The notes beneath the pieces are model-generated. The model was not told where the DNA came from, did no database searches, and saw nothing but the letters and a program-made list of their open reading frames with translations. A program made the translations under genes and the position numbers. From Prevotella sp. (lineage in GTDB: Bacteria; Bacteroidota; Bacteroidia; Bacteroidales; Dysgonomonadaceae), in contig JAITVV010000095.1 in NCBI GenBank assembly GCA_031285625.1, forward strand, positions 160,001 to 224,000: DNA of 64,000 nucleotides, read 5' to 3'. Shown here one piece after another: positions 48,921 to 56,942 of the stretch (position 1 is the stretch's first letter; the number at the start of each line of letters is the position of its first letter).

Positions 48921-49074
48921 AAGAGGTGTGTCAAAAGTATTTTTCGCTATCTTTTTGTCATGTTGAACGGAGTGAAACATCTCATGTCCGGAGGGTCGAG
49001 ATCCTTCATTGCACTCAGGATGACAAAGAGGGTCGCACTTTGATAGTGCAGTTTTACTTTTGATACACCCTCTT
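48921..49074. mobile_element. MITE-like element (~154 bp) with ~19-bp terminal inverted repeats enclosing REP-like palindrome copy 3 (48951-49030)
   Basis: AAGAGGTGTGTCAAAAGTA ... TACTTTTGATACACCCTCTT outer TIR; inner TTTGTCATGTTGAACGGAGTGAA...GAGATCCTTC...TCAGGATGACAAAG. Confidence 0.7.
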
Positions 49075-49099
49075 AATATGATTATGGATAGTTTTATTC

Positions 49100-49909
49100 T
49101 TATTCTCCTTTAAGGAATTCAAAGTTACGCCGCTTCAATTGGAAATCGCGACCCAGGTATTTTTCCCTTACCACTTCGTTTTCGGCTAGTTGCTCAGCGC
49201 TACCCTGAAACAATACCTTACCCTCAAATAACAGGTAAGCGCGGTCAGTGATACTCAGCGTTTCGTCTACATTGTGGTCGGTAATGAGAATACCAATATT
49301 TTTATATTTCAGTTTTGCTACAATCTCCTGAATATCCTGCACGGCAATAGGGTCCACTCCAGCAAAAGGCTCGTCGAGCATAATAAACTTAGGATCGATA
49401 GCCAGACAGCGGGCAATTTCAGAACGACGTCGCTCCCCTCCCGAGAGTCTGTCTCCAAGATTCTTACGCACCTTGTGCAAACCAAACTCATCAATCAGGC
49501 TTTCCAGCTTTTCCTTCTGGTATTCTTTTGAAGTTTTTGTCATTTCCAGTACAGAGCGAATATTGTCTTCTACGGTCATCTTTCGAAAGATAGAAGCCTC
49601 CTGAGCCAGATATCCGATACCATTCTGCGCACGTTTGTATACAGGAAATTTAGTAATCTCCATATCGTTAAGGAAAATTTTGCCTTCATTAGGCATTACC
49701 AGTCCTACCGTCATATAGAAAGTGGTGGTTTTACCTGCCCCATTAGGACCGAGCAGACCTACAATTTCACCTTGTTTCACATCTATCGAGACGTGATTTA
49801 CTACAGTACGGGACGAATATCGTTTCACCAGGTTTTCGGTACGAAGTACCATTCTGTCCTCCGGCTGTATATCTGTTCTTTCTATGATTATTTCTTCTGT
49901 TTGCTCCAT
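49100..49909 (-). CDS. lptB: LPS export ABC transporter ATP-binding protein LptB
   Basis: GLLGPNGAGKTTTFYM, YLAQEASIFRK, LSGGERRRSEIAR, LDEPFAGVDPIAV, ITDHNV. Confidence 0.95.
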   Translation of the reverse strand: MEQTEEIIIERTDIQPEDRMVLRTENLVKRYSSRTVVNHVSIDVKQGEIVGLLGPNGAGKTTTFYMTVGLVMPNEGKIFLNDMEITKFPVYKRAQNGIGYLAQEASIFRKMTVEDNIRSVLEMTKTSKEYQKEKLESLIDEFGLHKVRKNLGDRLSGGERRRSEIARCLAIDPKFIMLDEPFAGVDPIAVQDIQEIVAKLKYKNIGILITDHNVDETLSITDRAYLLFEGKVLFQGSAEQLAENEVVREKYLGRDFQLKRRNFEFLKGE

Positions 49910-49923
49910 ATATTAACTAGCAT

Positions 49924-50033
49924 TAAGTAATGAGTATTAAGTTTTAAGTACACAGTTTCTAAATTGTTATCACTCAAAACTTATTACTTGCGACTCATTA
50001 ACTTACTACTTATCACTCAAAACTTACTACTCT
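49924..50033. repeat. Inverted array of degenerate heptamer repeats, (TRAGTNN)4 ... (NNACTYA)~9
   Basis: TAAGTAA TGAGTAT TAAGTTT TAAGTAC, an 18-nt spacer, then TCACTCA AAACTTA TTACTTG CGACTCA TTAACTTA CTACTTA TCACTCA AAACTTA CTACTCT. Confidence 0.75.
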
Positions 50034-51046
50034 AACACAGTTACCCAGCCATATGTATCAGGCTCATCACCCAGCTGTATAGTTCTGAGTTTGTTGTACA
50101 ATTTTGTACTTATAGGGCCTGCATTGCCATCTTTAGAGATAACGTAAGATTTGTTTTCATCTATATCGTCTACTCTGAGTATCGGGCTTATTACAGCTGC
50201 TGTACCCACTTGTCCGGCTTCTTCGAATGTAGCCAGTTCTTCTTCCAAAACCTGACGGCGTTCTACCTTCAATCCCATATCTTCGGCCAGTTGCATCAGG
50301 CTCTTATTGGTAATAGACGGAAGTATAGATGAAGAAAGCGGAGTAACATATGTATTATCTTTTATCCCGAAGAAATTGGCAGGACCGCATTCATCAAGAT
50401 ATTTCTTTTCTTTAGCATCGAGGAACAAAACGGCAGAATAGCCCATTTCGTGTGCTTTGTGTCCCGGTGCAAGGCTGGCAGCATAATTGCCTCCTACTTT
50501 GATAGTACCGGTACCTAACGGTGCAGCACGATCATATCCTCTCAGTATAACTACCGGGGTAGGCTTAAACCCTTCCTTGAAATAAGGGCCTACAGGCGTA
50601 ACAAATACAAGGAAAAGGTATTCATCAGCAGGTTTTACTCCTACCTGGGCACTTGTACCGATCAGTAAAGGACGGATATACAAAGATGCTCCGCTGCCAT
50701 ATGGCGGCACAAAACGCTCGTTTAGTTTTACAGCTTTTATTACTGCCTCTTCAAAAACTTCTACAGGAAGTTCGGCCATCATAATACCCTGTGAAGAAGA
50801 AATCATGCGCAATGCATTTTCACGCATTCTGAAAATTCGGATCTTACCATCTTTACCTCTGAATGCTTTGAGCCCTTCAAACGCTTCTTGTCCGTAGTGG
50901 AGGCAAGTAGCGGCCATGTGCATATCAATGCTTTCAGATGTGGTTTCAGTAGGTGTACTCCATTTTCCGCCCTTGTAATAGCTTCTTACATTGTAATCTG
51001 TCTTCATATATCCAAAAGACAAATTTGACCAGTCTATTCCATTCAT
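50027..51046 (-). CDS. ilvE: Branched-chain amino acid aminotransferase
   Basis: LHYGQEAFEGLKAF, LYIRP, KVGGNYAAS, ECGPANFF, ILPSITNKS, GTAAVISP; ATG 51046 preferred as start. Confidence 0.95.
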   Translation of the reverse strand: MNGIDWSNLSFGYMKTDYNVRSYYKGGKWSTPTETTSESIDMHMAATCLHYGQEAFEGLKAFRGKDGKIRIFRMRENALRMISSSQGIMMAELPVEVFEEAVIKAVKLNERFVPPYGSGASLYIRPLLIGTSAQVGVKPADEYLFLVFVTPVGPYFKEGFKPTPVVILRGYDRAAPLGTGTIKVGGNYAASLAPGHKAHEMGYSAVLFLDAKEKKYLDECGPANFFGIKDNTYVTPLSSSILPSITNKSLMQLAEDMGLKVERRQVLEEELATFEEAGQVGTAAVISPILRVDDIDENKSYVISKDGNAGPISTKLYNKLRTIQLGDEPDTYGWVTVLE

Positions 51047-51201
51047 GTTAGTAAAAGTTTTATCAGTCAATATTCTCGATAAATTGTTTATCTCACAAAA
51101 ATACAATTTTCATTGATAATTGTATGTTATTTTGGTCATATTATATCTATTTAAAATTGTATATACTATTCTTTATTTCTGTAAGTAAGAATGTGAGTAC
51201 A

Positions 51202-52038
51202 TCATTTTTCATAAATTACAGTCCATTCTCCTGCCGGATTAGGCCTGAAACTGCAAGTGGGAGGAATACCATAGTGACGATTTATCAGACTTTTCATCTC
51301 TGTCTGCCCATGCTGGTTTTTCTCATTTATGGCAGCAGGCATCCTGGTTTTTCCAATTTTTATGGCATTAGCCATGATAGCTATCTGCCGGACAAAATTA
51401 TCTACTTCTTCCTGGTTTTTGCTTTTCATATAGCGGTCGCAGATAAACATGGTTATCTGCTGATTGGGGATTTGATCTGCCGGTTTTGATGCATACGGGC
51501 TCAAGATAAAAATAAAATCGTTGTGTCCGTATCTGTTCAGATTAGGTACCGCTTCCATTCTAGCCCGTATCTTATGGCTGTCAAGATTTATAATAACATT
51601 ACGTTCGGGGAATTGCTTCTGCATCCAGTCGTAGTGTGATATACCTTCTTTTTCGGCTTCTTCCGATTGCCTCAGCAATTCTTCGAGATGGGTTTCACAT
51701 ATCTTCCGGTTATTTTTTTCACTCCATTTCAGGATACCTCCGGTTGGAGCATTTTTGATACTTATAGCAGGATATCCATCTTCGCTCCATGATGAAACTT
51801 TACGAAAGGTTTGTTCGGATGATACCGATTTCGTCTGGCAATCTTTCAGAAAATCGTCCAGTACCGGATAGCATTTCATCCACTGATTAAGATAATGTAA
51901 TTTATCTTTTTCACGTTCGGCACGTCCCATAATACAATACACATGATAGACGGGATTATCATTTCTTTTTAATTGAGGCAGACCATCGGGAGGAGTACGA
52001 TCATCTTTCCCTCCAAAAATGTTTTTAAGGAAATTCAT
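51202..52038 (-). CDS. Hypothetical cytoplasmic protein
   Basis: 278-aa ORF with its own -7 box (CAAAATATA region upstream); MNFLKNIFG start and no signal peptide; family not recognised. Confidence 0.6.
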   Translation of the reverse strand: MNFLKNIFGGKDDRTPPDGLPQLKRNDNPVYHVYCIMGRAEREKDKLHYLNQWMKCYPVLDDFLKDCQTKSVSSEQTFRKVSSWSEDGYPAISIKNAPTGGILKWSEKNNRKICETHLEELLRQSEEAEKEGISHYDWMQKQFPERNVIINLDSHKIRARMEAVPNLNRYGHNDFIFILSPYASKPADQIPNQQITMFICDRYMKSKNQEEVDNFVRQIAIMANAIKIGKTRMPAAINEKNQHGQTEMKSLINRHYGIPPTCSFRPNPAGEWTVIYEK

Positions 52039-52539
52039 TAAAATTGTTTTGTGTTATTTCTCTATTATCGTGTACTTACAAATATAAGGAAAAATGTTAA
52101 AATATAAGATATAAAGTTTGAATATTAATCTGCTGTTTTTCGCTTTTAAATGGGGAAATATAAATGCGAAAACAATGTAAGGATTTATAAATATTTATTG
52201 TAAACAGGACGTTTCAGGCATATTTTATCCTTTTACAGTCCTATTTGTTATTGTATATTTTCAGATAAATTACAGCTAGAGAGGATGTACTCTTTTTTCA
52301 AGTCACTCCTTCTTTCAAAATACCAAAAAAGGGAGATAAAAGAGGTAAAATTATTATGAAACAAATAACATCTCATCAAAATAATTTTCACAAAAAAGAT
52401 CCTTTTATAATTCAAATACTCCAGTTTACTATCACTATCAAAGAATTGTTATTTTAAAAAATGGGTAGTATAAATCAGTCGTTTACAAAAAAAGTGGTCA
52501 GGATTTATAATATTTAACGGATGTGTAGACTTTATACCC

Positions 52540-52547
52540 TATTTTTG
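52540..52547 (+). promoter_or_regulatory. Bacteroidetes -7 promoter element TATTTTTG
   Basis: Matches TAnnTTTG immediately upstream of the candidate sRNA. Confidence 0.55.
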
Positions 52548-52552
52548 TTTTG

Positions 52553-52693
52553 TCATCGGAAATAATTGACAAGCGGATGTTGCAAACTTCCCAATCTTTA
52601 CACACACTTTACACACTTTACAAACCGCAATCTTTACAAAACAATGAGCGACACAAAGAGTAAATCAGATCACTGGTTTACTCTTTTTCTTTT
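52553..52693 (+). ncRNA. Candidate small RNA with four CUUUACA repeats (alternatively a 28-codon sORF, 52577-52663)
   Basis: Lies in a 785-bp gene-free gap between a -7 box and a 14-bp terminator; CTTTACA at 52596, 52607, 52616 and 52632. Confidence 0.55.
52655..52693 (+). terminator. Intrinsic terminator of the candidate sRNA
   Basis: AAAGAGTAAATCAG-ATCA-CTGGTTTACTCTTT followed by TTCTTTT. Confidence 0.8.
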
Positions 52694-52823
52694 CTACTGC
52701 CTTTTGTTATCATAACGTAAAATATTTGAAAATTACTTGTCTATTATTATTCTAATAAACTTATAGTTCTTATAGTTTGTTGTAAAAAAGTGGGGAAATC
52801 ATAATCAAATAAATTCACAAATT

Positions 52824-53084
52824 ATGAAGGATAAAAACTTGAAAAAGGAAACAGAGTTTAAACCGGGAAAATTTGATCCCGAACAAGTAGTAGGTGATCA
52901 AAATTCGGTAAGCGGAAAAGTTGTGGAAACAGAAAAACCGGTTTCGGAAAATACAGAAAACGAATCGGAAGCAAGACGCACGAGCAGGATACTGAATGAT
53001 GCTGAAAAGACAAGAGAAAAACTAAATAGTAAATTGAATGATGTTCGTGATTATGGAGCAGATGCCCGGGAAACAACATTATAA
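52824..53084 (+). CDS. Small hydrophilic hypothetical protein
   Basis: 86 aa, charged and low complexity; A-rich leader and a downstream terminator. Confidence 0.6.
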   Translation: MKDKNLKKETEFKPGKFDPEQVVGDQNSVSGKVVETEKPVSENTENESEARRTSRILNDAEKTREKLNSKLNDVRDYGADARETTL

Positions 53085-53102
53085 ACGGGCAACGTATAAA
53101 TG

Positions 53103-53137
53103 AAAAGGACGGCTAGATAAACTATACCGTCCTTTTT
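53103..53137. terminator. Bidirectional terminator
   Basis: AAAAGGACGG...CCGTCCTTTTT between convergent genes. Confidence 0.75.
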
Positions 53138-53157
53138 ATTTATTTTATATCTTTTCC

Positions 53158-53784
53158 TTATTCCGTTTCTGCCAGCCTATCGATAAATAACACACCTTGG
53201 AGATGATCATATTCGTGCTGGAAAATAACTCCGGTAAAATCACCTTCACGAGAATTACCCGAAAGCCTTTCCTTTATAAGTTCACCCGTTTCATTATAAT
53301 ATTCCACATCTACCCAAGCATATCGTTTGGTGGTTCCCGACAACTCGGGTACAGAAAGGCAACCGTCGCCTTCAAACAGGATAATCTCTTGAGAATGGTT
53401 CACAATACGTGGATTTATAGCCACCTGCACAGGAATACCCTCCTTATCGATCCGCATAAAAAGAAACAGGTTTCTTCCCAGCCCTACTTGTGGAGCTGCA
53501 ATACCCACACCCGATTCTACGGCAAGAGTCAATTTCAGCCTGTTAATAAAAAAATGTAAATCTTTATCAGAGGCAATATTCTTTACATCCAGATCGATGC
53601 TCTTTTTTCTGAGAAAAAGGGAATCTTGTTTTACATCGGTTTGCAACACTCTGTATGGCGTATCAATAGCACCCTTATTGATTAATACTTTTTCGTTGGT
53701 AGTCATATGTTTTATTGATTTGCACGCAGATATGCTAATAATAAGTATTAGCAGGCATAAAATCTTTTTCACTGCATTATGCAT
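53158..53784 (-). CDS. def: Peptide deformylase with an N-terminal lipoprotein signal peptide
   Basis: GVGIAAPQVG (motif 1), GDGCLSVP (motif 2 variant), FQHEYDHLQG (motif 3); N-terminus KKILCLLILIISISAC. Confidence 0.88.
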   Translation of the reverse strand: MHNAVKKILCLLILIISISACKSIKHMTTNEKVLINKGAIDTPYRVLQTDVKQDSLFLRKKSIDLDVKNIASDKDLHFFINRLKLTLAVESGVGIAAPQVGLGRNLFLFMRIDKEGIPVQVAINPRIVNHSQEIILFEGDGCLSVPELSGTTKRYAWVDVEYYNETGELIKERLSGNSREGDFTGVIFQHEYDHLQGVLFIDRLAETE

Positions 53785-53866
53785 TATTGTTATTTAAACA
53801 CAAAGATACGCATTTTCCGATTAATTCTTTTATAAACCCTGACGGTTATTCCTTTGATCACCACTT

Positions 53867-54289
53867 TCACTTATCATCGGATACTCTTCTGAAATGTGTC
53901 TTCAATATAAGTTTTTCGATACCCAACTCTTTAAATTGTTTATCAGATATTTTTTGAAGTTTGAAAAAATCCAACTCCACAATCAGGATATTTTCCTTGA
54001 TCGAATATTTCAGATCCATTCCTGATTGCATATCTCTGATCGTATTGCCATTGATAGTGTAATCCCCTGTTTTTTCTCCGCTGTATATTTTACCATCAGC
54101 CGTAAATTTGAGAGTTGAATCTTTGAATAATCCTTTAAGGTTATCTGCAATAAGATCTGCAACCAGTTTGTCCCCAGAAGTGACAACCTCGGTGTCCGCT
54201 TGTTCGTATTTCCATGTACCAACGATATCCTGAGCAAAAAAATAAGAAGAGAACAGCATCAGGGATATAAGTAAATTATATCTTCTCAT
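53867..54289 (-). CDS. Exported lipocalin-like (DUF4923-type) protein
   Basis: Signal peptide; DIVGTWKY, LKFTADG, TGDYTINGNTI. Confidence 0.6.
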   Translation of the reverse strand: MRRYNLLISLMLFSSYFFAQDIVGTWKYEQADTEVVTSGDKLVADLIADNLKGLFKDSTLKFTADGKIYSGEKTGDYTINGNTIRDMQSGMDLKYSIKENILIVELDFFKLQKISDKQFKELGIEKLILKTHFRRVSDDK

Positions 54290-54482
54290 AGTTTGTGTAT
54301 GTTTGTATGTTTGTGTATGTAAAAATAGTGATATTCTATTTAATTAATAGTCATTTCTGTAGAATCTATCCATATTTGATTCAAGTATATATAATATTTT
54401 CCATCCCATGTACAAAAAATAAAAGCAAAAGTGTGATAAAACAGAAAGTTTTGCGACATATAATTAAAAACAATTCTGATAA

Positions 54483-54971
54483 ATGAAAGAAACACAAAGT
54501 GGTGATGCACAATTTATGGAAATGATACGCCAGAATGAGGGTATCATCTATAAGGTCACCTCTTTCTACGCCGATAAGGATCATCCATTAGGAGATCTCT
54601 ATCAGGAAGTAGTCTTGAATCTGTGGAAAGGTTATCCTTCTTTCAGAGGAGAGAGTAAATATTCTACATGGATTTATCGTATTGCACTGAATACCTGTGT
54701 GTCGTTTTACCGGAGGAGCAAAAGAAATGTAAGCTATGTGGATATATCGATGGATATACCCGATGTGGTGGACAATAACGAACAGATACAGGAATTGTAC
54801 AGGCTGATAAATCGTTTGGGAAAAATTGAGCGTGCTTTGGTCTTGCTTTATCTTGATGATAAACCTTACAAAGAAATAGCGGAAATAACAGGACTTTCTG
54901 TTACTAATGTAGCTACCAAGATAAGCCGGATAAAAGATAAGCTAAAACAAATGTCGGATAAAGAAAACTGA
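54483..54971 (+). CDS. ECF RNA polymerase sigma factor
   Basis: DLYQEVVLNLW, FRGESKYSTWIYRIALNT, YLDDKPYKEIAEITG...NVATKISRIK. Confidence 0.93.
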   Translation: MKETQSGDAQFMEMIRQNEGIIYKVTSFYADKDHPLGDLYQEVVLNLWKGYPSFRGESKYSTWIYRIALNTCVSFYRRSKRNVSYVDISMDIPDVVDNNEQIQELYRLINRLGKIERALVLLYLDDKPYKEIAEITGLSVTNVATKISRIKDKLKQMSDKEN

Positions 54972-54975
54972 TTAT

Positions 54976-55566
54976 ATGGATCTGGATAATTTAAAGAAAA
55001 CTTGGCAAGAGACCGAAATAAAGCCAACCATAGATGATGCTAAAATTCAGAAGATGTTGGATAATAAGGGTCAGGGTGCTTTTGCAAAACTAATAAAATA
55101 TGACCAGTTATTTATAAAACTTCTCATACCATGCGCTTTTGCAGAAGTATTATTCTTCTATCTGTCTACATGGCTGGGCATTATTTATGGAGTACTATTT
55201 ATATACAGCTTTTTCTGGCAACGGTACAAAATCAGGTATATGAAGAGTTTTGATCTGTCAGCAATGGGAATACTGGAAGTATCTAAATGCATCCTCAGGT
55301 ATAAGAAATTCATAATATATGAAATGGTAATAGGCGCAATAATTGTTATTCCTTTTTTCCTGTTCTATACTTATTATGTTCTTCCTGATGCCTTCCCGCG
55401 TATGCATGAGACAAACCATGAACTTTCACTGATTACATTTATAGTAGCGGTTGCTACAACGTTTATCGCCTGTTTTATTATATACAGATACATGTATATA
55501 AATAATATAAAGAAAGTGCAGAAATCGATAAACGAAATAAAAGACTTTGAAGAAGATAACATTTAA
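54976..55566 (+). CDS. Four-TM membrane protein, probable anti-sigma partner
   Basis: MDLDNLKKTWQ N-terminus and 4 TM segments, directly after the ECF gene. Confidence 0.65.
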   Translation: MDLDNLKKTWQETEIKPTIDDAKIQKMLDNKGQGAFAKLIKYDQLFIKLLIPCAFAEVLFFYLSTWLGIIYGVLFIYSFFWQRYKIRYMKSFDLSAMGILEVSKCILRYKKFIIYEMVIGAIIVIPFFLFYTYYVLPDAFPRMHETNHELSLITFIVAVATTFIACFIIYRYMYINNIKKVQKSINEIKDFEEDNI

Positions 55567-55584
55567 TTTTAAACAAAATTATAA

Positions 55585-56496
55585 ATGAAAACTATTACAT
55601 CTGCCATTGTGGCTTTCACTCTGTTAATGTTCTCATATCTGACTATGTCGGCACAGGCACAGGAAGATGGGTTGTTATGGAAAGTTTCGGGAAACGGGCT
55701 GGCTCAGCCATCCTATATTCTGGGGACGCACCATCTGGCTCATGTAAGTTTTGTAGATAGTATTCCCGGATTAAAAGAGGCGATGGAAAATACAGATCAG
55801 ACAGTGGGCGAGTTGTTGATGTCAGATCAGCTTGGAATGCAAACTAAATTGCAACAAGCAGCTATGATGCCTGCAGGTGAAACTTATAGCAAGTTACTAT
55901 CTCCTGAAGACTATACAAAGTTGGATGAAGGCCTTAAAAAGCTGTTTATGGCAGGACTCGATCAGTTTGGTCAGCTAAAGCCGGGTATGATCTCTATGCT
56001 GTATACTATAACTACCTATACAAAGTTGTATCCTGAATTTAATCCGATGTCTCATGAAGCTATCGACGGCTATGTGCAACGCATAGCAAAAGAAAAAGGC
56101 AAAACAGTACTGGGACTGGAAACTGTAGAAGATCAGATATATGCCCTTTTTGATGCAGAGCCATTAAAAGATCAGGTCGAGTCATTAGCTTGCGCTGTAG
56201 CAAACAGCGACTCTTCGAAAGATATGTTCGATAAACTGAATACATATTATAAGAAAGGACAATTGACCAATATGTACAATCTGGCATTTAATGATCCTGA
56301 AGATCCATGTAAAGTATCGCAAAGACAGCAGAATATTATAAATAAAGACCGTAATGATAAGTGGCTGAAAAAACTGCCACAGATAATGAAAGATAAATCA
56401 AGCCTCGTTGCCGTAGGGGCATTGCATCTGGCAGGAGAAGAAGGTTTGATCTACCAGTTGTCTAAGATGGGATACACTGTAGAAGTTGTAAAATAA
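55585..56496 (+). CDS. TraB/GumN family (TIKI-like metalloprotease fold) exported protein
   Basis: LLWKVSGNG, SYILGTHH, GLETVEDQ, RNDKW, VAVGALHLAG. Confidence 0.9.
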   Translation: MKTITSAIVAFTLLMFSYLTMSAQAQEDGLLWKVSGNGLAQPSYILGTHHLAHVSFVDSIPGLKEAMENTDQTVGELLMSDQLGMQTKLQQAAMMPAGETYSKLLSPEDYTKLDEGLKKLFMAGLDQFGQLKPGMISMLYTITTYTKLYPEFNPMSHEAIDGYVQRIAKEKGKTVLGLETVEDQIYALFDAEPLKDQVESLACAVANSDSSKDMFDKLNTYYKKGQLTNMYNLAFNDPEDPCKVSQRQQNIINKDRNDKWLKKLPQIMKDKSSLVAVGALHLAGEEGLIYQLSKMGYTVEVVK

Positions 56497-56509
56497 TCAA
56501 TATATGAAG

Positions 56510-56536
56510 AAAAAGCTGCTGAAAAGCTGCTTTTTT
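56510..56536. terminator. Probable bidirectional terminator
   Basis: AAAAAGCTGCT-GAAA-AGCTGCTTTTTT imperfect stem between convergent genes. Confidence 0.5.
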
Positions 56537-56548
56537 ATTATATAAACA

Positions 56549-56890
56549 TTAGATAATATTCCTTCCGATCCAGAATAATATGATAAGTATAAAGATAATA
56601 ATGATAGCCTTTAGTCCAAATAAGATTGAACGGGCTTTAGGGAACCTCTCTTTACCACCCAAATATTCAAAATAGAGTCCAACCGCCAAATAAGGGATAG
56701 CCACAACCAACAAAGGATTGCTAATGAAAGCTTCTTTTATCTGCAAATGTAGTAAATGATGAGCAGCACGTTGTGAGCCACAGCCTGGACAATCCCATCC
56801 TGTCAGCCTATGGAACAGGCATTGCGGAAAAAACGAAGATTCCTCCGGACTGAACAGAAAGTAGATACTGCCTGCGATGATCAGCAACAC
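56549..56890 (-). CDS. DUF2752 membrane protein
   Basis: FPQCLFHRLTGWDCPGCGSQRA...NPL; the frame is open upstream to at least CTG 56929, so the start is uncertain. Confidence 0.88.
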   Translation of the reverse strand: MLLIIAGSIYFLFSPEESSFFPQCLFHRLTGWDCPGCGSQRAAHHLLHLQIKEAFISNPLLVVAIPYLAVGLYFEYLGGKERFPKARSILFGLKAIIIIFILIILFWIGRNII

Positions 56891-56942
56891 TACTATTCCT
56901 ATGGCATTATAGATATATTTTGTATTCAGTTTTATGGAAGGA

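Noticed and set aside
48750-49043. 97-aa plus-strand ORF
   Set aside because: It runs through the MITE/REP palindrome and the DUF1896 leader, starts with TTG and has no protein-like features.
49100-49909. lptB not adjacent to lptA/lptC
   Set aside because: A dispersed lpt arrangement is ordinary in Bacteroidetes.
52039-52823. oriC candidate (long AT-rich gap; CTTTACACA resembles a DnaA box)
   Set aside because: The repeats have two or more mismatches to TTATNCACA, all lie on one strand, and are bracketed by a promoter and terminator, which fits a transcript better.
54291-54320. GTTTGT(GT)AT short tandem repeat upstream of the lipocalin-like gene
   Set aside because: Only three degenerate units; too short to argue for phase variation.
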